64,000 nt of DNA from Gammaproteobacteria bacterium (GTDB lineage: Bacteria > Pseudomonadota > Gammaproteobacteria > Eutrophobiales > Eutrophobiaceae), in contig OZ250183.1 of the NCBI GenBank assembly GCA_965238225.1, forward strand, positions 480,001 through 544,000, in the 5' to 3' direction. Under the pieces are notes generated by a model. The model ran no database searches, was not told the DNA's origin, and was given only the letters and a program-made list of their open reading frames with translations. The position numbers and the translations under genes were made by a program. This document shows positions 43,935 to 52,603 of the stretch, in pieces. Each line of letters starts with the position of its first letter. Positions within the stretch are counted from its first letter, which is position 1.

Positions 43935-44792
43935 ATGTCCGAAACATATCCTGTGCAAGGTACAGGACTAGGTCTGCGGCGAGCCTTTATTGGCTCGCTT
44001 GTAGATGACCTCCCTTCCCAAGTGAATTTTATGGAAGTTGCGCCAGAGAACTGGATCGATGTTGGCGGCAATCTTGGTCGCCAATTCCGGAAAATCTCAG
44101 AACAAGTGCCGATGGTCTGTCATGGACTGTCCCTCAATATTGGTGGTTCAGCACCACTGGACGAACCATTTGTTAAACGTGTTAAGAAATTCCTAGAAAC
44201 GCATAATATACGTGTTTATAGCGAACATTTGAGTTATTGTGCTGATGATGGTCATCTTTATGACTTAATGCCAATCCCTTTTACCAAAGAGGCTGTGCGT
44301 TACGTTGCTGACAGGATAAAGCGCGTACAGGATATTATTGGACAACGCATGGCTATGGAAAATGTCTCTTATTACGCCGCCCTTGGCAAAGAGATGGAGG
44401 AAATAGAGTTTATTAATGCAGTTCTGGAAAAGGCAGATTGCCTGCTGCATATTGATATCAACAATATTTATGTAAATAGTATTAATCACAAATATGATGC
44501 TCTGGAATTTCTTAGGGCATTGCCAGGTGACAGAATCGCTTATGCACACATTGCTGGTCACTATGTTGAAGCAGAAGATCTGCGAGTCGATACCCATGGT
44601 GCAGATGTTATCAACCCGGTCTGGCAATTACTAGATGCTGCCTATGAACATTTTGGCGTACTTCCGACTTTATTGGAAAGAGATTTCAATATTCCTCCTA
44701 TGGATATCTTGTTGAAGGAAGTTGATTCAATTCGTTACTACCAAGAGAAACATCAAGCAGATGGCAATAATATCAAACAGCAAAAACACTGA
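43935..44792 (+). CDS. DUF692 multinuclear non-heme iron oxidative enzyme (MNIO; HvfB/BufB-like)
   Basis: GLGLRR, EVAPENW, HGLSL, SEHLS, ENVSYY, DINN, HIAGH, DTHG, LLERD. Confidence 0.95.
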   Translation: MSETYPVQGTGLGLRRAFIGSLVDDLPSQVNFMEVAPENWIDVGGNLGRQFRKISEQVPMVCHGLSLNIGGSAPLDEPFVKRVKKFLETHNIRVYSEHLSYCADDGHLYDLMPIPFTKEAVRYVADRIKRVQDIIGQRMAMENVSYYAALGKEMEEIEFINAVLEKADCLLHIDINNIYVNSINHKYDALEFLRALPGDRIAYAHIAGHYVEAEDLRVDTHGADVINPVWQLLDAAYEHFGVLPTLLERDFNIPPMDILLKEVDSIRYYQEKHQADGNNIKQQKH

Positions 44793-45543
44793 GTCTTTTA
44801 AAGACATACAATATGCCTTTACACGGCATATGCGCGATCCTGAAAATAATCCCGCACCGGAAGATGTAGAGGATCGGCGTATCGGCGTGTATCGAGATCT
44901 GGTGTATAACAACATAGAGGGACTTATTGCTGGTAGTTTTCCAGTATTACGCAAGATTACAGCAGACAAAGAATGGCATGACATGTTACGTGATTACGTT
45001 TGTAATCACAGAGCGCATACACCTTTGTTTCCAAGAATGCCTCTGGAGTTTATACAATACCTTGAGGATGAACGTTGTGGGCATCCGCAAGACCCAAGTT
45101 TTCTGCTGGAGTTGGCGACTTATGAATGGGCAGAAATAGCAATTTCTCTCGATGTCAGAGAAATTGAGTTAGATGGTATTGATATTGAAGGTGATTTTCT
45201 GGCGGGTATTCCGGTGTTAAACCCCATCATCATGTCGCAGACCTATCAGTATCCGGTGCATCAAATCAGTCCTGATTATTTACCAGACACTGAACCTGAA
45301 TCACCGACATATTTATTGGTTTACCGACGCAAGGGTTATGAGGTCGGATTTCTGGAATTAAATCCGGTTTCCGCGAGGTTGGTTGAATGTATGCAAGGCA
45401 ATAGTGATAAAACTGGTTTACAGTTACTAGAAGGGATAATCGAGGAGCTCAACCATTCCAGTTCCCAAGTCGTTATTGATGGCGGCCATGAAATTATGCG
45501 AGATATGCACGCTAAAGATATTCTACTTGGCACCAAAATATAG
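44761..45543 (+). CDS. DUF2063 MNIO partner protein (HvfC/BufC-like)
   Basis: QYAFTRHMRDP, RRIGVYRDLVYNN, FPVL, ELATYEWAE, YPVHQI; overlaps the DUF692 stop. Confidence 0.92.
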   Translation: MAIISNSKNTESFKDIQYAFTRHMRDPENNPAPEDVEDRRIGVYRDLVYNNIEGLIAGSFPVLRKITADKEWHDMLRDYVCNHRAHTPLFPRMPLEFIQYLEDERCGHPQDPSFLLELATYEWAEIAISLDVREIELDGIDIEGDFLAGIPVLNPIIMSQTYQYPVHQISPDYLPDTEPESPTYLLVYRRKGYEVGFLELNPVSARLVECMQGNSDKTGLQLLEGIIEELNHSSSQVVIDGGHEIMRDMHAKDILLGTKI

Positions 45544-45665
45544 CTACTTTAACTAAATAGAAAACATTATCAAAGTTATTGATTTGCCAATAACTGGGGT
45601 CGATAATGGGCGTTAAGTAAGTATCTTTCCGGTCATTCATTTAGGTTTTTCTAAGGGAGTTATCT

Positions 45666-47293
45666 ATGAAAGCAGCAGAGCTATTCGTGAAGTGTTTGGA
45701 GAACGAAGAGGTTGAACGTATCTACGGTATCCCTGGCGAAGAGAATATTGATGTAATGGATGCCTTGCTAGATAGCAAGATTAAATTTGTTACTACACGT
45801 CATGAACAGGGTGCCGCTTTTATGGCCGATGTTTATGGTCGGCTGACAGGACGTGCGGGGGTCTGTTTGGCAACTTTGGGTCCAGGCGCAACAAATCTTA
45901 TTACAGGCGTTGCTGATGCCAACATGGATTTGGCACCTATCATTGCCATTGCGGGTCAAGGCTCAACAAAGAGATTACACAAAGAGAGTCATCAAATTCT
46001 TGATCTGGTCAATCTTTTTGATCCAATTTCAAAATACAGTACACAAATCAGAGAGGGCGAAATTATACCTGAAATTGTGCGTAAGGCCTTTAAGGTTGCG
46101 CAGACGGAAAAGCCAGGCTGTAGTTTTATTGATTTTCCAGAAAATATTGCTGCTTCGGAAGTTGAAGGTAAGGAACCTTTATTGGTTCAAAGCCCAATGA
46201 CGCCAACACCACCAGAATCTACAATAGATGCAGCGGCAAAAATTATCTCGAATGCACGTTTTCCATGGCAGGTAATGGCGTAATACGCGCCAATGCAGAA
46301 AAACAATTGGTAAACTTTGCAGAGAAATTAAACATCCCTGTTGCTACGACCTTTATGGCAAAAGGGACAATCCCATTCTCACATAATCTATCATTGGGGG
46401 CAGTTGGTCTCCAAGCCAGTGATTATGTTTCCTGTGGTTTTGATCGCGCAGATGTTGTGATTTGTGTCGGTTATGACATTGTCGAATATCATCCGCATCT
46501 TTGGCACAAAAATCAAGACATCAAAATTATTCATATTAGCGCATTGCCCGCCGAGGTTGATGAGCACTATATTGTTGAAGTTGGTGTCATTGGAGATATT
46601 GCGCAAGCGCTAAATGGTATCGCTGAAAAATCTGATGTCAAAAACGAATATTTTGCGGCAAATCTCAGACAAACTATTGTTGATGAGATGGCTGCGCACG
46701 CTGATGACAGTGGTTTTCCTGTGAAGCCACAAAAAATATTATGGGACTTGAGGCAGGCGTTAAATCCAGAAGATGTCGTAATCAGTGATGTCGGCGCACA
46801 TAAAATGTGGGTGGCCAGAATGTATCAAGAAGAAGTATCCAATACCTGTATTATTTCAAATGGCTTTGCTTCAATGGGGATAGCTGTTCCAGGTGCCCTG
46901 GCCGCTAAGCTTGTGTTTCCAGAGCGGATAGCGGTCGCTGTGACAGGTGATGCTGGGTTTATGATGAATTCACAGGAGATAGAAACAGCCTTACGGCATA
47001 ATCTGGCATTCGTAATATTGATCTGGACGGATTCTGAATATGGATTGATTAAGTGGCATCAGCTCAGGAATTTTGGCAGACCCTCCAATATCACTTTTAA
47101 CAACCCAGATTTTATTAAATATGCCGAGAGTTTTGGTGCCAAAGGTTATCGGGTAGAAAGCGCAGCAGATTTATTGCCAACTCTTAAACAAGCGATCGCT
47201 GATAATACAGTTGTGATTGTCGATTGCCCAGTTGATTACCGTGAAAACATGAAGCTTACAGAAAAACTTGGCGATCTGGTGTGTCCAATATAG
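45666..47293 (+). pseudogene. ThDP-dependent acetolactate synthase-like / 2-oxoglutarate decarboxylase-like gene split by one frameshift near 46265
   Basis: PGEEN, RHEQGAAFMAD, TLGPGATN in the first ORF; AGNG, DVGAHK, GDAGFMM in the second; junction TTTCCATGGCAGGTAAT. Confidence 0.85.
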
Positions 47294-47377
47294 TTATATA
47301 AATAAAATTGGGAACCATATGTTGTAATCTATAAAACTTTAAGAAACTACAAACAAATCAACAAGCATTGACACTCT

Positions 47378-48391
47378 ATGGACAGAAAAGAAACATTAAA
47401 TAAAAATTTACACAAAGCAAAGACAGATAAAAAAGATGAGTTTTATACACAATTATTTGATATTGAGAAAGAATTAACACATCATAAAGAGCACTTTAAA
47501 GACAAGGTTGTTTTTTGTAATTGTGATGACCCTAGAGTAAGTAATTTTTTCCATTATTTTTCATATAATTTTGAACAATTAGGGCTTAAAAAACTCATCA
47601 CTACCTGTTATAAAAATCAGAATACGGATTTATTCAGTCAAAACACTTCAGAAAAAGCAATTTATTTAGTAAATGCAGGAGACAAAAATAAAAATAGAAA
47701 GCCCGATCCTGATGAAATTGGTATTAAGAATTTAAAAGGTGATGGCGATTTTCGTAGCCAAGAATGTATTGAGCTTTTGAAAGAGGCGGGTATTGTGGTA
47801 ACCAACCCACCTTTTTCTTTATTCAGAGAATATGTAGAACAGTTAATGGAATATGACAAAGAGTTTTTGATTATAGGAAATCAAAATGCTATAACCTACA
47901 AAGAAATTTTCAAACTGATTAAAAGAAATAAATTATGGTTAGGGGCTAGTATTCATAGCGGAGATAGAGAGTTTGGGGTTCCTAAAGATTATCCATTAAA
48001 AGCAGCGAGCAGTAGAATTGATGAAAATGGCAATAAATTTATTAGAGTTAAAGGGGTTCGTTGGTTCACTAATTTGGACTATAAAGAAAGACACGAGAAT
48101 TTAATTCTTTATAAAACATACAACGAAAAGGAATATCCAAAATACGATAATTATGATGCCATAAATATTGATAAAGCAAAAGATATTCCAATGGATTATG
48201 AAGGTGCTATGGGCGTTCCAATTACTTTTATGGATAAATATAATCCCGATCAATTTGAGATTATTGGCATTGATAGAGTTTTAGTAGAGAAATTAACAGG
48301 AAAAGTAAGTCGTTTTCGTATAGAGGGTAAAGAAAAATATGCTCGTATTCTTATTAAAAACAAAAAAATAAACTATGAGAATAGAACTTAA
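47378..48391 (+). CDS. Adenine-specific DNA methyltransferase, EcoRI family
   Basis: KKDEFYT, VFCNCDDP, GDGDFRSQEC, VTNPPFS, MGVPITF; AT-rich. Confidence 0.9.
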   Translation: MDRKETLNKNLHKAKTDKKDEFYTQLFDIEKELTHHKEHFKDKVVFCNCDDPRVSNFFHYFSYNFEQLGLKKLITTCYKNQNTDLFSQNTSEKAIYLVNAGDKNKNRKPDPDEIGIKNLKGDGDFRSQECIELLKEAGIVVTNPPFSLFREYVEQLMEYDKEFLIIGNQNAITYKEIFKLIKRNKLWLGASIHSGDREFGVPKDYPLKAASSRIDENGNKFIRVKGVRWFTNLDYKERHENLILYKTYNEKEYPKYDNYDAINIDKAKDIPMDYEGAMGVPITFMDKYNPDQFEIIGIDRVLVEKLTGKVSRFRIEGKEKYARILIKNKKINYENRT

Positions 48392-48625
48392 AGAAATTAC
48401 AGTAGGTGAATTAGCAGACAGCTTTGAGGATAACGCTGAAGACAGGATAGTAGGTTTTAAAGGCAAATTAGATATTTGTCCACCCTACCAACGAGAATTT
48501 ATATACGGGGATAAACAAAGAGATGCTGTTATTCATACCTTAAGAAAAGATTTCCCCTTAAATGTGATGAAAAATTTGCAATAGAAGAAATGGAAGCTGG
48601 AAAAGCGGGGAAATTGAGAGGGGAG
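48375..48625 (+). pseudogene. Collapsed DUF262 (GmrSD-like)-HNH restriction endonuclease
   Basis: LDICPPYQREFIY...FPLNVM joined out of frame to KCDEKFAIEEMEA (pre-HNH segment) and KAGK. Confidence 0.75.
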
Positions 48626-48680
48626 TTTGTAGATTTAAAGTATATTATTCCCAATAAAATCACAGAGATTTATATTTAAT

Positions 48681-50120
48681 ATGACTGAACATTTTTCAAT
48701 CATGATAGCTCACGTAAATTCAAAAGATAATTGCTTGGAAGTGCGTGCGCCTTATGACAGTGCGCTGATCGCAACAGTCGATACCGCTGATTCAAGCGCA
48801 GTTGAGCAAGCATTAGAAACGGCAACATCGCTTTATCAAAACCGAGACGCTTGGTTACCTGCCGAGCAAAGAATTCGCATACTGGAAAAAACTATTAACC
48901 TCATGCAAAAACGGCAGGAGGTCTTGGCTTTAGAAGCTGCGCGTGAAGGTGGTAAACCCTTACCTGACTCCAGAGTTGAAGTGGTGCGTGCTATTGATGG
49001 TGTAAAACTTTGCATAGAAACCTTACGAACCGAGTCAGGGCGCGAAATTCCGATGGGTCTTAATGTAGCTTCTAAAAGTCGTTTGGCTTTTACCCGCAAG
49101 GAACCCATTGGCGTAGTCGTTGCAGTTAGTGCATTTAATCATCCTTTAAATTTAATTGTGCATCAAATTACACCTGCTATTACAGTTGGGTGTCCTGTTA
49201 TTGTAAAACCTGCAGAAGATACACCTTTATCTTGCTTTCGCTTTGTTGAAATCTTACGAGAAGCAGGTTTGCCTGATGAATGGTGTCAGGCGCTTACTGT
49301 ATCTGATCTTGCTGTTGCATCTCAATTAGTTACTGATGAACGTGTCGATTTCTTTACTTTCATTGGCAGTGGCAAGGTTGGTTGGATGCTGCGCTCACAA
49401 CTTTCACCAGGTACACGCTGTGCGCTGGAACATGGCGGTGCGGCACCTGTAATTGTTGCGGAAGACGCTGATATTGAAGATGTGGCACCTTTACTGGCAA
49501 AAGGCGGGTTTTATCATGCAGGCCAGGTATGTGTTTCAGTGCAACGTATTTTTGCACATCACTCAGTGGCAAAGAATCTTGCGTATGCAATCGCAAAAAT
49601 AAGCGAACAATATACGATTGGTGATCCAACGTTGGCAACATCAGACATTGGCCCTTTGATTAGGAATGCGGAAACCGATCGTGTGGAAACCTGGGTCAAT
49701 GAAGCCATTGAAGAAGGTGCTGAATTAATCAGTGGCGGGAAAAGGCTATCGGATTCCTGTTATGGCTGTACGATTTTATATAAGCCATCGAACGAATCCA
49801 AAGTGAGTCAAATGGAGATATTTGGCCCTGTCATTTGTATTTACCCTTACACAGACATGGATGTTGCTATTGGACAGGCAAATGCGTTACCACTCTCGTT
49901 TCAAGCCTCGGTATTTACGCGTGATATTGATAGGGCAATGCGAGTTGCAAAAAGGATCAATGCATCTTCTGTTATGGTCAATGATCATACAGCATTTAGA
50001 ACAGACTGGATGCCCTTTGCTGGCTTGAAGCAGTCTGGTTTGGGTGTGGGAGGCATTCCCTATACTATGGAAGATATGCAGATTGAAAAAATGACAGTAT
50101 TGTATTCAAAAGAACTTTAA
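48681..50120 (+). CDS. Aldehyde dehydrogenase family protein
   Basis: AFNHP, KPAEDTP, FIGS, LEHGG, GQVCVS, EIFGP, PFAGLKQSG. Confidence 0.93.
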   Translation: MTEHFSIMIAHVNSKDNCLEVRAPYDSALIATVDTADSSAVEQALETATSLYQNRDAWLPAEQRIRILEKTINLMQKRQEVLALEAAREGGKPLPDSRVEVVRAIDGVKLCIETLRTESGREIPMGLNVASKSRLAFTRKEPIGVVVAVSAFNHPLNLIVHQITPAITVGCPVIVKPAEDTPLSCFRFVEILREAGLPDEWCQALTVSDLAVASQLVTDERVDFFTFIGSGKVGWMLRSQLSPGTRCALEHGGAAPVIVAEDADIEDVAPLLAKGGFYHAGQVCVSVQRIFAHHSVAKNLAYAIAKISEQYTIGDPTLATSDIGPLIRNAETDRVETWVNEAIEEGAELISGGKRLSDSCYGCTILYKPSNESKVSQMEIFGPVICIYPYTDMDVAIGQANALPLSFQASVFTRDIDRAMRVAKRINASSVMVNDHTAFRTDWMPFAGLKQSGLGVGGIPYTMEDMQIEKMTVLYSKEL

Positions 50121-50224
50121 AGCTTTTAACCTTGTTTTTAAACCTAAAAATTATGATGATAAATCTCACCTTAAAGTTAAAAAAGCAGTCACAAAAAACG
50201 CTGGCAAATAGAGGTAATTAACTA

Positions 50225-51733
50225 ATGTCAGAAAACATGCGAGGGTTTCTGTTTAGCGCAATGGAGTTTATGGCAGCATTGTTTATTATCATATTGGGTC
50301 TTGTTGCTTTTGCTATCGTTATCATCTACATCTTTGATGTTGCTCAGACGAAATCTTCAATTAAACGAAATTACCCTGTTGTAGGTCGCTTCAGATATTT
50401 TTTCGAACATATAGGCGAATTTTTCCGTCAGTATTTTTTCTCAATGGATCGCGAAGAGATGCCATTTAACAGGGCGCAGCGTTCTTGGGTTTATCGCGCA
50501 GCAAAAAATATTGATAATACGGTTGCCTTTGGATCAACGCGAGATCTTAGGCCGCCAGGAACAATATTATTTGCAAACTGTCCGTTTCCAACATTAGGCG
50601 AAGATACTGTCACCCCTGATGCTGTAACGATTGGGTTTTATTCAGATAAACCGTACACGACTTCATCAATATTCAACATATCAGGAATGAGTTTTGGTGC
50701 GATATCGAAGCCAGCTGTGTTGGCGTTATCAAATGGTGCACGAAGAGCAGGTTGTTGGATGAATACAGGCGAGGGCGGCTTGTCGCCTTTTCACCTTGAA
50801 GGTGGCGCGGATATCGTTTTTCAAATTGGTACTGCAAAATATGGCGTCAGAGATGAGTCAGGTGAATTGTCAGATGAAAAATTGCGTGAAATAGCAGAGC
50901 ATGACCAAGTGAAAATGTTTGAAATCAAGTTGAGCCAGGGTGCAAAACCTGGTAAGGGCGGTATATTGCCTAGCGGCAAGGTGACTAAGCAAATTGCAAA
51001 GATCAGAGGGATTGATGTCGGCATTGCTTCCATTAGTCCAAATCGGCATACGGATATTAGAAACAATGCTGACTTGCTTGATATGATTGCACACATCAGA
51101 AAAGTCACTGGTAAACCAGTAGGATTTAAATCCGCGATTGGTGTATACGGGTGGCTTGATAGTTTATTTAACGAGATTAGAGAACGTGGTGTGGAAAGCG
51201 CACCAGACTTCATCGCCGTTGATGGTTCAGATGGAGGTACAGGTGCGGCACCTATGCCTCTTATTGATGATATGGGCTTGCCTTTACGTGAAGCTCTACC
51301 TTTAGTCATTGATAGATTGAACAAATATGGCCTAAGAGACAGAGTCAAAATAATATCTTCTGGGAAATTAATTACGCCAGCAGGTGTTGCCTGGGCGCTG
51401 TGCGTCGGCGCTGACTTTGTGACATCAGCGAGAGGGTTTATGTTTGCGCTCGGGTGTATTCAAGCCTTGCAATGTAATAAGAATACCTGTCCTACAGGCA
51501 TTACAACACATAATAAGAAGCTACAACGTGGATTAAATGCTAGTGATAAGGCTATTCGTGTAATGCATTATGCAAAGAATATGACTTATGAAGTTGGCAC
51601 CATCGCTCATTCTTGCGGTGTGGCCACACCAAGGAAATTACGTCGTTTACACGCAAGAGTTGTGACTGACAACGGATTATCAGTACCATTGAATGAGTTG
51701 CATCCGGATGTTGAGTCATTATTTACATCTTGA
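50225..51733 (+). CDS. FMN-binding glutamate synthase family protein with N-terminal membrane anchor
   Basis: SGMSFGA, NTGEGG, EIKLSQGAKPGKGG, DGSDGGTGAAP, GCIQALQCNKNTCPTGI. Confidence 0.92.
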   Translation: MSENMRGFLFSAMEFMAALFIIILGLVAFAIVIIYIFDVAQTKSSIKRNYPVVGRFRYFFEHIGEFFRQYFFSMDREEMPFNRAQRSWVYRAAKNIDNTVAFGSTRDLRPPGTILFANCPFPTLGEDTVTPDAVTIGFYSDKPYTTSSIFNISGMSFGAISKPAVLALSNGARRAGCWMNTGEGGLSPFHLEGGADIVFQIGTAKYGVRDESGELSDEKLREIAEHDQVKMFEIKLSQGAKPGKGGILPSGKVTKQIAKIRGIDVGIASISPNRHTDIRNNADLLDMIAHIRKVTGKPVGFKSAIGVYGWLDSLFNEIRERGVESAPDFIAVDGSDGGTGAAPMPLIDDMGLPLREALPLVIDRLNKYGLRDRVKIISSGKLITPAGVAWALCVGADFVTSARGFMFALGCIQALQCNKNTCPTGITTHNKKLQRGLNASDKAIRVMHYAKNMTYEVGTIAHSCGVATPRKLRRLHARVVTDNGLSVPLNELHPDVESLFTS

Positions 51734-51846
51734 TGCTTTAATTTCCAAGTTACATATTCATGTCAAAGCTTTGGTATACTCAATAGTGTCGAATTGTTAT
51801 ACAAGCATCGCAAAATAGTTAGAGAAGAATCAGGAGAATAATAAAC

Positions 51847-52494
51847 ATGATCACATGCATTATCAGTAAGGTACAAGATATCTGCAATAAGGCACAGGAT
51901 ATCTTTGACAAAATACGCTCAAATATTGATTTTATAGGGCCACTGTTACTAAGAATTTATATTGTCCCTGTATTCTGGGCGGCCAGTAATAATAAATGGA
52001 ATCCATTTGCGCCAAATGGCACCCTTAATCCCATAGCAGGTTTAAAGCACACATCTGAATGGTTTGGCAGTTCATTGGGAATGCCTCTTCCGGAATTAAT
52101 GGCATTCATGGCTTGGGGCGCTGAATATTTTGGTGCCATTTTGCTTGCCTTGGGATTGGCAACACGTTGGATATCAATTCCTTTGATGTTCACAATGATT
52201 GTTGCTGCTGTGACTGTCCATTGGAAGAATTGTTGGCAGGCAGTGCACGATTTATCAAGCCCATACGCCTCTGCCAACGTAGGTGAGGCCATTGAAAGAC
52301 TCTCTCGTGCGAAAGATATTTTAAGAGAGCATGGGAATTACGATTGGCTGACGGAACATGGTAGCTTTGTTGTTTCCAATCACGGCATTGAATGGTCTGC
52401 GACTTATTTTATTATCTTGTTGGCTCTGTTCGTTACTGGCGGTGGTAAATTTGTTAGCGCTGATTATTGGTTGGCAAAGAAATTTAGGAAATAA
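51847..52494 (+). CDS. DoxX family membrane protein, of the type usually found with DUF692 clusters
   Basis: PLLLRIY..PVFW, WFG..LGMPLP, GLATRWISIPLM.TM.VA..TVH, ILREHGNYDWLT, GGG..S.D. Confidence 0.85.
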   Translation: MITCIISKVQDICNKAQDIFDKIRSNIDFIGPLLLRIYIVPVFWAASNNKWNPFAPNGTLNPIAGLKHTSEWFGSSLGMPLPELMAFMAWGAEYFGAILLALGLATRWISIPLMFTMIVAAVTVHWKNCWQAVHDLSSPYASANVGEAIERLSRAKDILREHGNYDWLTEHGSFVVSNHGIEWSATYFIILLALFVTGGGKFVSADYWLAKKFRK

Positions 52495-52603
52495 TGCAGG
52501 ATATATAAAATAATAGACTGCTTATGACGACTCACATGGCCGTTCCATATTTTAGAAAGAGACTGAAATATGGAACGGCCATTTTTATTTGGTAAAGCAT
52601 TAA

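Noticed and set aside
43483-44071. Overlapping low-complexity ORFs (FTFAA, RRIYL, KVNAA, PSPHL repeats)
   Set aside because: Shadow frames of the repeat. Only the EGKCG frame has a ribosome-binding site, signal peptide and operon context, and the variable bases are synonymous in that frame.
50821-51348. 175-aa antisense ORF, and similar antisense ORFs within htpG, fusA, lpdA, aceF and aceE
   Set aside because: Antisense shadows of well-supported genes.
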